NCBI GenBank assembly: GCA_030265395.1
Contig: JARFYF010000002.1
Coordinates: forward strand, 47,690,252-47,754,251
Source: Rhina ancylostomus
Lineage: Eukaryota
DNA: 64,000 nucleotides
Reading direction: 5' to 3'
Positions within the stretch are counted from its first letter, which is position 1, and the number at the start of each line of letters is the position of its first letter. The translations under genes and the position numbers were made by a program. Below the pieces are notes generated by a model, which worked only from the letters and a program-made list of their open reading frames with translations, made no database searches and was not told the DNA's origin. Of this stretch, positions 1 through 12,063 are shown in pieces.

Positions 1-470
1 GGTGATCTTCACCATATGTTAATTCCAAGATATATTCAGGGAGAGGCATCAATGGCCTCTGCTGAGGTCATTCAGCCCTTTGTCTCCATAAACGTGGACA
101 GACTGTGAAGGATCCTCCTCAAAAATGGTTGTGCACAGAAAAATGGTCCATTTTACATTTGCTTCATAATGATATGCAAGTGATGATCTTACCCAATGGG
201 TCCACAGCAGAGCCAATCTTAGTGAAAACTATTCTCAAACAAGGCATTTTTTTTTGCCCTGACACATTTTTCAATCTTCTTCACTGCAGTACAGCACCTC
301 AGCTCCAACAAAGTTCTCACACATCTGGAGCTAATCTTCAAAACTAAAGGAAAAACAATTCACTCTATATTGTTTCCACTCCCAAGGACATCCCAACTTT
401 GGCAATGGAGCTGCAATATGCAGGCAGCACCTGTGTTACGGACTAGGACTATTAGTGAGTGTCCCTTTTA

Positions 471-505
<35 letters not shown>

Positions 506-1595
506 NNNNNNNNNNNNNNNNNNNNNNNNNNNNNNNNNNNNNNNNNNNNNNNNNNNNNNNNNNNNNNNNNNNNNNNNNNNNNNNNNNNNNNNNNNNNNNN
601 NNNNNTAAAGTCGTTTTTACCACTTATACATGTCTTGGTGTGTTTCTTTTGTTGCTGGTTTGTAACACCTGCATTTGCAGGCACTTAGAGGCCAAGCTCC
701 AAAGCATTATAGACTTATTCACCAAAACACAAAAGGTTGGGCTTTACATTCAATATGTGCAACACAAAGATCCTCTACCAAACTGTCCTTATGTGCAACT
801 CTGCCCTTCGACTCGAGAGGTTCAAGGTGAAACCCCGGAAAGTGTGAATCACTTTCATGTCTTTTGAACTATCTCTCAGCAAAGGCAGACAATGTTGAGG
901 AAATACACAATCGTTTCAATGCACAAGCAAAACTTTTCGTCAATTGAGGAAAAAGGTGTTTGAAGACCAAAATCTCAAAAGTAGCAGAAAACTCATAGTC
1001 TCCTAGGTAGCAATGATCACTGCCTTTCTACATGCTGCCAAAATCTGGGCTATTTACAGCTATTTACACTTCAAAGTACTGGAAAGATAATCAATAATGT
1101 TGTTTCGTAAAATCCTTCAAATCCACTGGAAGGATAAGCAAACCAACATCAATGTCTTCTTCCAGGCCAATATCTCAGCACTGAGGCCCTAACTGCACTA
1201 AGCTGGGCAGGCCACATTGTTTGCATGCCAAATACCAGATTATAAAAACAGAAATCTTAAAACTCTGTCACAAAAAGAGATTACTGGTAGACAGAGAAAA
1301 AGATTCAAAGATGTGTTCAACACTCCATTGAAAAATTGTAACATCCCCACTGACTTGTTGGAATCTCCAACCCATGATCACTCAAAGTGGAGAAGGTGCT
1401 TTCTGAATGGTATTGAGAACCTTGAGTCCGTGCATCAGGTACACACAGATGCCCTGCACACCACCTCACAAACTACCTAAACTGCCACCCACTTAAGCAT
1501 CTCCTGCATTGTGGGAGTCTCCAGTTTCTACATCAGTCACCTCAAACCAGAGTGAAAGCAAGTCATTACTGGTCCTGAGGGACTGCCTAAAATAG
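1..1595 (+). mobile_element. Decayed RTE-clade LINE (RT and 3' end), begins before the window
   Basis: RT remnants such as LLHNDMQVMILPNGSTAEPILVKTILKQG and ITGRQRKRFKDVF; 3' end gagggactgcctaa, shared with the copy at 4.9-7.2 kb. Confidence 0.8.
474..505. repeat. (TG)n microsatellite running into a gap
   Basis: Direct reading. Confidence 0.95.
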
Positions 1596-3326
1596 AAAAC
1601 ATTCAGTACAGTGACTGCAATCTGCATTTTATTTCCCCTTGAGGACAATGCTGTGAATACTGCAGGCTTGTAGAATTCCACTCAAATTGCTGTGACACAC
1701 ATTGATACTCATTTTCCTTTGATACTATTTCCAATCAGAACATGAATTCCCAGTTGTTCAAATAGTAAGACAGCAGGTTTAATTAGAAAAGTTTAAATCC
1801 AGAAAAATTGTCAAAGATCTTAACTTGTATTTAATAATGCTATTTTCTTACATGTTCTCCCAAGCTGGAAGCAACTGGCAGATTTTATTTTCTTGGACAG
1901 TTGGTTGCCCGGCAAGCATAAATAACTTATCAATGTTGTACAAGTCTCCAAGTACAGTTACTAAGAAATCCACCCAAATCCTGATTACTCAATATAGACT
2001 ACAGATTTTCCCCAGAGGCTGGCACCTGACTTCTTGTAATCCAACAAACCTTGATTGAACATGATAACTTGCAGACCCTAACATCTCACAGAGTAATACT
2101 GGAGGTTATGGGAGCAGCCATAAAAATTTGATGTGAACCCTATTGATAATTATTTCCTGTTAAGGTTTTATATTTTTCTCTTTGAAAATATGATTACAAA
2201 CATGTGAGTACATTCAGTTACCTGTTAAAATCAAAGATAAGTAATTCTGTAGATTATTTTGGTTCATGCTTGCATTCCCCATAGCACAGAGAACTGCAAT
2301 TTTAATATCTTCCAGCTGTAGCCAGTTTCTCTGGCTTGTTTCACTAAAATGCAAGACTTTTGACTGTGACTAATAAGATGAAAAGAATTTACAATTTGTG
2401 CTGTTCAACTTTTAATGAAATCAAGTAAAATAAAGAGCAGCATAAACAATTTCTTTAAATATTATTACTCAAAGTGTATTTGATTCTATGCAAACCTCTC
2501 TTCAGAACATTTGTAATTATCATAATCAAAATGTCCCCAAACATGCATTACTTGCACTTAAAAACTTGTTCTTTATTCAATGAATGAGCTTGCAATATAA
2601 CCTACATGCAAAATCTCTATTTGTAGGACACAATATGCAAAGCTTATAAATGATTAATTGCAACTAAAATAAATATGATCAGATTTCTAATGGTCAATGG
2701 AGAATAACACATAAATTTTAAGGGTGTTAGGGCACCACCAAACACCCCATCATGGTCATATTTGAGCTTCACAAAATACAAGACATCCTATGGATTACCA
2801 ACCATTTTCTCTGAGCTTAATAAATGACAATCCCTTACTCCATGGCAAAATTTATATAAAAATTCTGTACATCTAATTTATGCACAATAGAAAACAATAA
2901 CTACAACATTAAAAAAAGTCGAACTTTATAGTCCTTCCAAATAAAAATTAGAGGAGTTAATTTAAACAAAAATAGTTACTTTAGAATGTATTTTCTTCTG
3001 GTTTTGCTATTATTGCCCTGGGGTTCAAGTGTTTAGGGCATGGAAAGTACCATTAATTCCTTGCATTTATAGCATTAATGTATAAACAATTTTCAGTGTA
3101 TGCCTAATACCTTTAAGTATTTATGCACTGATGGAATCACACAAAAAGTTGTTTGGAACATTGCACAGAAAATAGAAAAGCAGGAAAACTTAATCAGGTG
3201 TGTTAGAGAGCAGGAACATCTTCATATAAAAAGAGAATCGCCACATGTGAGTTACCACTGCACAACATTAAGTATGCTGTGGAGTTCATCCAAAACACTC
3301 CAGATAGATAATTTTGTATTTTATGT

Positions 3327-3380
3327 CAACAGCATGAAATAATGGAAAGCTGACAACAGCATGAAATAATGGAAAGCTGA
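3327..3380. repeat. Perfect 27-bp tandem duplication
   Basis: caacagcatgaaataatggaaagctga twice. Confidence 0.95.
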
Positions 3381-5491
3381 CAGCACCATGTACAGACTGG
3401 TTTGTGAAAGTAAACCAAATTGCCATGGTGAATAGGCTCCACAAGTTGTTGTTCAGCAGGGCAGAATTGTTGCAGAAAGGATGCTTGTGGCAAACCTGCA
3501 TTATCAACAATAGGCAAAGATATTCATAGTCTCTCCTTTCATCATTACCCAACAGTACTCTGGGAGTACTTTGTACACATGGGGCACACAGACTGAAGGC
3601 CACATCTGACCACCTCCTTGTCAATAACAATAAAAGTTGAGCAATAAACATTGGCATTGCTACTGATGTCCAAATCTTGTAAATGAATTTTATAGAAGTC
3701 AGTGAATATCCCAGTAAAATGTGTGAAGTTGTGACTTTGATTAATTATAGATTCAACATACTTAAAAGAAACTTTACATTTGTAAAACATCAATTTTGCA
3801 GGAAATTGGATTTTGAGTACTAAATTCTCTAAGAAGTCAATGCCAACTTTGCTGTGCATTTGTGGATGAAATTTCTGACATCTTAATAGCATAGCATTAA
3901 ATATTATAACCTTTAGGGAGTCTTAACACATGAAATTCATCCTGCTTGATAACTCCATATTTTCTTAAAATTTTGAGGGCAGAATCTAAGAAATTCATAG
4001 ATCTTTTAGTACCTTCAGTTATAACATTAATGTAAATGTAGGCTGGTGAATTCTAAATGATATGCCATTAAGGGCATCTTATGAATTTTAAAATGTATCT
4101 AAAATAATTCATTTTTAGTTATAATTAAAATATCATGGCTATAGACAAGAAGTAAGCTTTCTTTTAAAAGAAGCTTATCCTGAACATAATGATTCTTATT
4201 TTCTAGTTTGCTTGTAGAAAGCAGTTCAAACTATACCCAGTCAAACAACTAGGAAATGGGGAAAAAGTTAAGAAAATAAATCATGACTGATGAAAATCTG
4301 TAATGGAAATAAATGTATTTTTAATGCACAGGAAGTCTGTCAGAATTTCTTTCTGAAAATCTTCATTTATAGATCAACAGGAAATATGAGAGCAGCATTG
4401 CACTTCCATGATTTTTATATCTTTTCTAGTCTATTCATTTATTTCTCTACCCAAAAACAACCATGCCTGAGAGAGCAGGAGCTAATTAACAGTAAATGGT
4501 ATGTGTTCTTTGCTTAGAAACTCACCACCATCTCGAAATAAAACAAAACATCTCTCAGGTACCTGAAGGCAGAGGTCCAAGAAGAAACCAGCAACGGGAC
4601 AGATGATGGGTGGAAAGGATTTAGGAGGTCCAGCAACTTGCTGATTCTTCAGGGCTGTCAAGATCAACTATGGCCCAAACATCCAAGAGCAAAACCCACT
4701 GAGAGCCAAGGATAGTGAGGCAGCCAGTACCTACAGGGAGGGGAACTTCAGAGGATCCCTCAATTGTAACTCTGCCTCTTGACATGAGTAACTTTGACTT
4801 CATCCTAGAGTAAATGTTATTATTTAGCACCACCATCACCACAATGTCAAAAGGATGAGCACCACCTGAAAAACAAGGTCTTGGAAGCCAATGGTTTTGC
4901 TCCTGCTAAGAGTCAAAGAGAAGAATTTTATTTGCAAATTCACAATCTCATTTCCATATGTGGAAAGGAGGATATGACAGGGGACTTCAGAGATGCTGTA
5001 ATGGTGACAATTTCCAAGAAAGGAGACAACATTGACAAAGGTAGCTCCAGAGGATTCTCCCTGCTGCCTACCACAGGGAAAGTCACTGCCATGGTCTTCC
5101 TTAATTTTCTCTTCCCTAGTTGTCACAGAGCTGCAGTCCAAATCACAGTGTGGATCCTGTCCATCCAGAGGCTTAATGGATAGGAAAGGCTTAGCAGGAT
5201 ATAGGCCAAACACCAGCAAGTAGGACTCGCTTAGATGGATAGCTTGGTTGGCATGGACAAGTTGGGCCAAAGGGCTTGTTTCTGTGCTATATGAGACTAT
5301 GACATAATCTTCAACATGTGAGAAATGTGACAACTCTAGGGGAAATGCAGAAAGGAACATTAACCAGTTTGATCTCACAAAAGTCTTTGCCTTCATCAAT
5401 AGAGACACTATGGAGAAATTCATCTCCATATATCTGCTATACAGTGACACAGAAGCCATGATCTTAGCCAACACATCCAGAACAGATCTAA

Positions 5492-5729
5492 GGACACAAG
5501 TGACTGCTGATTCTGGAATCTGGAACAAACAAAATACTGGAAGAATTCAGCAGGTTGAGCAGCATCTGCAGGGGGAGAGGAACTGTCAACATTTTAGGTA
5601 CAAAGAGGAGATACCACTATCTTCCCTCTCCACTCTCAGTCGTGATGCAGGGTTTCGACCTGAAACATCAACAATTCCTCTCCCTACAAAGATACTGCTC
5701 GACCTGTTAAGTTCCTCCAGCAGTTTTTT
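5492..5729. mobile_element. Palindromic Penelope-derived short element inserted in an RTE LINE
   Basis: Arms ctggaagaattcagcaggttgagcagcatct and gatactgctcgacctgttaagttcctccag; decayed hammerhead GTGATGC...GAAACATC at about 5642-5669; imperfect TSD tccagaacagatctaa (5476-5491) / tccagagcagacccaa (5730-5745). Confidence 0.75.
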
Positions 5730-6235
5730 TCCAGAGCAGACCCAATCTCAAAGGAGACTGGTGTAAGCAAGGCTGCATCATTGCCCCAGTACTTGTCTCA
5801 ATTTTCCTCACTGCAATGCTGTACCTCATCACCAACAAGCTCCATTCGAGTGGTAAACTTAACTGTACAAATGGGAAACTGCTGAACCTATACTGCCTCC
5901 ACTCCAGAACCAAGGTTAATCAAATTTCAGTCATCAAGCTGCATAACATTTCTTGCCTCCAAGTGCGCTCAGAAGCCAAGATGCATGTTATCATCACAGA
6001 TGATGTACACTGGAGTTTACAAAAGAAGAGGCCTTGTGCTTCTTATTCACAAAACAAGTTCTCTACGTAACTTCTCAGGCTGTGTAATGCCACTTTTTGA
6101 CAAATAAGGCCCTCAGGGAATCCTGGAAAACATAGCCCACTTCCCCTTTGATCAATATAGTGAATGAAATTCACTACTGCCTTTAGCGTGCCAGCACACC
6201 CTTTGGCCATCTGCAGAAAAAGTATCTGAAGATCA

Positions 6236-6613
6236 CGACACAAGAGAGACTGCGGATGCTGGAAATCTGAAGCAACGCACACAGAATGCTGGAGGAACTC
6301 AGCAGGCCAGACAGCATCTAGAAAGGGAAATGAACAGTCAATGCTTCAGCCTGAGACCCTTCATCAGGTCCTGATGAAGGGTCTCGGCCTGAAACGTCGA
6401 CTGTTTATTTCCCTCCCTAGATGCTGCCTGACCCACTGAGTTTCTCCNNNNNNNNNNNNNNNNNNNNNNNNNNNNNNNNNNNNNNNNNNNNNNNNNNNNN
6501 NNNNNNNNNNNNNNNNNNNNNNNNNNNNNNNNNNNNNNNNNNNNNNNTGTTTATTTCCCTCCCTAGATGCTGCCTGACCCACTGAGTTTCTCCAGCATTT
6601 TGTGTGTGTTACT
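6236..6613. mobile_element. Palindromic Penelope-derived short element (inverted pLTR pair) inserted in an RTE LINE
   Basis: Long inverted repeat centred on T6369, with perfect inner arms 6353-6368/6370-6385. Flanked by a 9-bp target-site duplication TGAAGATCA (6227-6235, 6614-6622). Contains a 100-N gap. Confidence 0.8.
6367..6402 (+). ncRNA. Minimal type I hammerhead ribozyme motif, intact core
   Basis: GGTC-CTGATGA-AGG-GTCTCGG-CCT-GAAA-CGTC-GACT. Core boxes CUGAUGA (6371-6377) and GAAA (6391-6394); stem II AGG/CCT; loopless palindromic stem III (ACGT); GUC cleavage triplet 6396-6398; stem I GGTC/GACT. Confidence 0.75.
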
Positions 6614-9149
6614 TGAAGATCAAGATTGGTGCAAGGCTTATTGCCCATTGGGCAGCAGTAATCCCTTCCCTTATATGCTTCTGAGATCTGGGCTATCTAC
6701 AGCAGGCACCTGAAAGCAATGGAGATGTACCATCAATGCTGTCTCCATAAAATCTTCCAAATCCAACAGCAGAATAAACAAACCATATGTCTCCTCTTCC
6801 AGGCCAACATCACGAGATTTGAGTCTCCTATTGTGTTCAATCATTTCTGAAGGGCATAACTTGCATGCCTAACACCACACCAGATTCCTGAAACAGTCTA
6901 TTCTGAGCTCTGGCATGGCAAGAGATTATAAAGTTAATTTAAGGATGATCTCAAGGCTGCCTTACAACCCTAACATCCTTGCTGACTTGTGGGAATCCTT
7001 GTTCAAAATGGTGGGCCATCTTTTGGGATGAAATTAAAATCGTGGATCTCTGTGTTAGGAGAATACAGAATCATAGCATAAAACAGAAAAGGAAAGCACT
7101 GTGTTGCAAAATACCTGTCTGCCCTGGCAGAGTCTGTGATTCCCACATTGTTTGCATCAGTGACCTCAGAGCCCATAGAACTGGAGTAGAATCAAATTAT
7201 TCGCAATCCAAAGGGACTGCCTAAGATTATGATCAATCACAGTATCTAAAATTGGAATGGGAAATATATTAAATGTCAATTATCACTGATAAGTTGCAAC
7301 ATGGCTTATTAATGTTAGATCAATATGGGCTAAATAATGTTTTACAATAACAAACTTCTCTGAATAGAATTTTTGCTACCATATCTACTGGTGCTTTCCA
7401 TTTCATTGATACTATTCAGTGTTGATGGTCACTTATTGAGACCTACTTTATGAGCAATCCAATTATAGAGTTAAAGCCTGAAAAAAATATCCAAGGCTTA
7501 GAAACCACTTGAATGTGAAGACTGATTTATGATTGAAGCTCTCCAAAATCAAAACAAAATTCCACAAATTGTGTGCCAGAAGCAAACAAGCTCATCCAAC
7601 TCACTGAGATAAAGGGCAAGTCATGATGCTCTTTTATGTTCCAGTTGATTCAGTGAAGTAGTACTGATACTGTGCTCTTCTATATTGATTTCTGTCTTAC
7701 AAGATGATGCATCAGCCAAGAAAATGAAGTCATTGCACAGCCGTTGAGTGATAAAGCAAAAGATGGGTGTTTGTGCCAGTTCTTTAGCAGAGCTATCCTA
7801 TTAATCCCCCTCCCCTATTCTTTCTCCAATGACACCTCAATTTTCTTCCCTTAAAGTATTTATCCAGTTTTTCTTGAAATGTAGTTAGATGTCTTCAGCA
7901 AATGTATATAACTCATGATGATTGAAAAATTGACTGCAATTCCTAACCAAGGCATTGTGAGGAATTTAATGTCAGTGCTGAACTTCTCAGACAGGCTGTA
8001 AACCAGAAAGAATTCCTTCAGTATTTGTTTATGCAAAGATAAGCTTTTCTTCTGGACCCCTGCTATGTGACAATGCCACAAATCATCATTAAATAACAGG
8101 ATGACTTTGGTGTGTCTGGTTCCATCTTCAACTGCAAATATCAGGAGAAATACTCATTAGTGAGGTTTGGACTGCCGATAAACTCAAACTTTTCTCCATC
8201 AAAGCACCTTTGTTGTATTAATAGTTGAAAATCAAACCTTGTTGTATTGGACAAACAGGAATGAATGTTTGAGACAAAGGTAAGCACTGTGAAATTCTCA
8301 CTGGTGTGATTTTTAGATTACAAGAGGGACAGAGAATGGGGGGGGGTCAATAACATGCAAGGAGTCATCGGCAGAACATTCTGAGTGGTCACAGTGGTCA
8401 GTTCTGTCTAAAATCATCAATAGTTAATAGAATGATAGAGTTCAAGGTTAGCTCGCAGAGACTGCACCCAACTTTGACCACGTGTAGTAAGAGATAGAGA
8501 GTGAGAGATCCTAGGAAACAGTCTAAAATAATGAGTACAGAGGTCATACTAGAATATGAACATTTGTAATACTTGAACCAGATATTCAATAATGTCACAT
8601 AACATCACATGCCATTTTATTTGTAGTGTTTGCATTTATATGAGTTTATTCATGGTGTTTGATCAGGTTTTAATAAATCTTTTAAAAAGAGTTCCTAGCT
8701 GTTCTACTCTGTAAACTCTAACTGGCTTTCCCAATCCTGACAGGTTCAGACAAAACTCAAGAAAATAGCTGTAGGAAAAACTACCTACAAAAGTTAGGAT
8801 TGTATTTACTTTCCCAAGTTTTCAGTCTGTGCATTTGAAACTGCAGCAACATGTAAGAAAACTGTTGGCTCCCTATTTTGCTTCTCAAGAATGCATCCCT
8901 AGCTACTAAGCCTTCAGTCTTTCATTTCAACTTCTCTACACCATCAATACTATTCTTAATTTGATAGATTCTCTATCAAATCGTCCCTCAACTTTTTCAG
9001 GCTCAGAAAAATAAAGCCAGCTTCACCAGTCTCTTCACATAATCTCCTTAAACTGGAGGTCATCTGTATCCATAATTCATTCATCCCTTGCAGAATAACA
9101 GTGGTTTCCAGATAAGCAATGCATCAATTTTAAGATTCTTACAAACTCT

Positions 9150-9462
9150 GGTCTCACCCCTATGTACCAGCACTATAACCACTCCCTCCACTTCTGGCTA
9201 CTAATCACTTGTTATTTGACCATTGGTGGCTGTGCCATCAAATGCCAAGGTCCCAAGTTCTGTAACTCAAAAGCTCTCTGCCTCTCCACCATTCTTTATT
9301 CCTTTAAGATACACTCCAATCTCATCTTTGATCAACATTTTAATTGTTGTTCTTTCCATCTCTTCATGCTGCTGCCAAGTTTTTCATTTGATGAAGCTCC
9401 TGAGAAACCACTTGGATATTTACATGAGGTTACAAGGTATTATATATAGATGCAACTTGATG
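9150..9462 (+). mobile_element. L2-type LINE/SINE 3' tail relic
   Basis: ccattggtggctgtgcc...ctctctgcctctccacc...cctttaaga...ctttgatcaa...gctcctgagaaaccacttgga...aaggtattatatatagatgcaacttg. Confidence 0.6.
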
Positions 9463-10122
9463 TATTTATTTCTTTTGAAGTATAAGACTATTAATATAGA
9501 AAAACTTTAAAAAAAAGAAATGATCAACCAGCTGACTGCCCAAAGCTTGTCCCCCTCTCCCCAGCCCGTTTAGTAAAATTCTTTCTAATGAAAAGGGGCA
9601 GGAACACAAACAATCTCTCAGCAGCTCCGCAACAAAATACATTTGGAAACATTTAATTGGGGGAATAGGGTGAGGAAATGAATGTATGAATTCATAAAAG
9701 AAGTTCTGTTTCGAAAAAATTTTCTGTCAAAAATAGATCAATCAAGATCTGTGAAGGAAGACTGAAATGTGGCTTCATTAAAGGTCAGCACTCGATCTAA
9801 CTTTCAATCCAATATCCACAAGTAGGATGTATAAAACAATTGTAGATTTGCAGATCTATGAACGTGTAAACTAACTCAAAGCAATACATTCCGTAATCTA
9901 AAAAGATGAAAAAAGTTAATTCAATTAAATTCAGACAGCCAAGTCTGACTACTGCAATTTTAAAAGTAGTTAAACCTGTTGCAATGCTTCAGATGATGTT
10001 TAAATTACCATATTTTTATTTGCATGAAATAGTGAAATTAGCTGGGTGAGCTGTACTGTACATTATTCAATGGGGATCTGATATCTCTGAGACAAGCCAT
10101 GAGCTAAGTTGCACCAACAACC

Positions 10123-10660
10123 AAAAGATGGCGAAAGCTGGAAATCTGAAAAAAAAACGGAAACTGGAACTACTCAAGGAATTCAGGCAGCATCTGTGGA
10201 GAGAGAATGACTTTTCATTAGGATTGTACCAAATCGATTTTCTGCTAATTGCTAAACAATGGCAGAATCTTTTATTAAATTAAAAAATTGATTTAATTTT
10301 GGTCATTGACAGTTAAATTAGATTTCATATTAAATTCTAATAACAGTAGATGAATTGTAATTTATTTTGCATATTATTTACAGATCCCAAACAGCTTGCT
10401 GAGAAAGACCACAACCTTGCTTGCCTTCCTTGTCAGTCATCCACTTTAAATGTTATTCCCCCCTCCCCATCCCATCCCTGAATATATTTTGCTATAAAAA
10501 GATGAAATGCTGGAATCACTCAGCAGGTCACAAACATTTGTGGAGGGTTCAACCTGAAACATTAACTCAGTTTCTTTATTCACAGAACCTGCCTGCTGAG
10601 TGTTTCTACCAGTTTCTCTTTATTTTCCAGATTTCCAGCAAGTGCAGTTTTATTTTATTT
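10123..10660. mobile_element. Two Penelope pLTR relics (half copy about 10123-10223; internally deleted palindrome about 10497-10655)
   Basis: Same arm motifs: gctggaaatctgaaa, caggcagcatctgtggagagagaa, acctgaaacattaactc, ccagatttccagca. Confidence 0.65.
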
Positions 10661-10736
10661 CTAACAACATATTTTGCGATCTTGCTCTTCCTACATGCTA
10701 CACATGAATTCCACTTTCTAATTTCTACTCAATTCT

Positions 10737-12063
10737 CAGGTCACAGATTCCCATTTGCTTTCCCCCAACATTGCCTGCTCAAACTATCAGCAACTGACAT
10801 TAAAATATAGCTGGAGAGTGTAAAAATCAAGTCTAATAAATGGTTCGGTGCTCTGCCACAGCACAATCTAGCTCAGTATGTAATGATGGGTGGCACAGTG
10901 GTGCACCAATTAGAGGTACTGCTGCACAGCTGCAGGGGCCTGGGTTTGATCGTGGTAAACCAGCACCTATAATTACCCCAAGTACAGGTAGGTAGCAGGC
11001 TGGGGTGGGGGGGAGGGGTGGGTTGGCTGGACATGTGAGAGAGAAAACACAAGGAAATTAGACTAATGGGAATGTTCTAAAAGGTGGCATAGATTTAATG
11101 GGCTGAAGGGTCTCCTATGTTGTAAGAATACATATGAAATTATGCCTTCTATTTAGTTTTAGTTTCTGGCACATAAAGACCGGTTTTCTCCATGTGCAAC
11201 TTAGAAAACCCTTTCACAACTTTAAAAAGCTAAACAAAGTTTTTTTGTGGAGTCGGTTCAACCTTGCTTGTTGAATATTTCTTTGCTCTTGTATTATCCA
11301 AGTATTCTTGCATCATCTCAGTCCCATAATATCCTTCCTATGACACCAGAACTATTTGTAGCAGTCCAAATATAACCTAACTAAAATACTGTATGTTTAA
11401 CATAAATTGTGTTTTCAATCTTTTAAAATGGCCTTAATAAATCATATCATTTCTTTTAACTTTAAGCTGCATCTCCAGATTGCTGTCCAATTACTCCATT
11501 TAGACAAACCTTACTTTCCAAGGAGTGCGTGGTGTCATTATTCTTTTTAAACAAATCGATATCCAACTCATATAATTAGTAAAGCAACTTCACTAAGTAT
11601 TTCTGTTATGGAATCTTTTCATCCTGCTTTTTGGCAGAATATATGTATTCCAGAAATCTGAAATTGTGTTTTAGATCAAGTCCCAATCATTTATGCAACT
11701 TATAAATAATGGTCTTCTCAGCCACAATCTTTGTGTAGCAACGCTTCATAGCTTTTGCCTGTTTGATTAATATGCCTTTAATACCAAAGCCAACACCACC
11801 TCTCCAACTCAGACTAGAACTGGCCACCCTCTCACCCCTATGCAAACATTCTCCTAGCTGTAACCAACTAACTACCCATTCTGAAACTTATCCTCAGATG
11901 CGAGTTGTTCACCCAGGTCTCAGATCCCCACTTGCTTTGTTCCAATACTGCCTGCTCAAACCATCAGCAAACTACAAGCAAAAATAAACTGAGCTGAAGA
12001 ATGCAAAATCAAGTCCAATGAATGGTTATAGATGCTCTGCAGCAGCAAAATCTGGCTCAGTAT
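10737..12063. repeat. Diverged direct repeat pair of about 145 bp (10737-10879 and 11914-12063)
   Basis: Shared colinear blocks caggtc.caga, tgcctgctcaaac.atcagcaa, aaaatcaagtc.aat.aatggtt, tgctctgc..cagca.aatct.gctcagtat. Confidence 0.8.
10887..11130 (+). mobile_element. Older V-SINE, internally deleted
   Basis: gggtggcacagtggtgca head, gggtttgatc B-box relic, CR1-like tail. Confidence 0.65.

Larger units (their letters stand above)
4860..7233 (+). mobile_element. Decayed RTE-clade LINE with three nested insertions
   Basis: DFRDAVMVTISKKGD...RGFSLLPTTGKV, a GVKQGC-like gtgtaagcaaggctgc, NGKLLNL; 3' end aagggactgcctaagattatgat. Nested CR1 tail (about 5185-5303) and two Penelope palindromes. 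Confidence 0.8.

Noticed and set aside
3327-3380. 27-bp repeat as a CRISPR-like array
   Set aside because: Two adjacent copies with no spacer in eukaryotic DNA; a simple slippage duplication.
4836-5528. 230-aa minus-strand ORF
   Set aside because: Antisense read-through of a decayed RTE LINE plus a nested CR1 tail.
6402-6593. Apparent tandem duplication of the right arm across the N gap (possible hammerhead dimer)
   Set aside because: Identical sequence on either side of a standard 100-N gap is typical of unmerged contig overlap; it cannot be counted as a real duplication.
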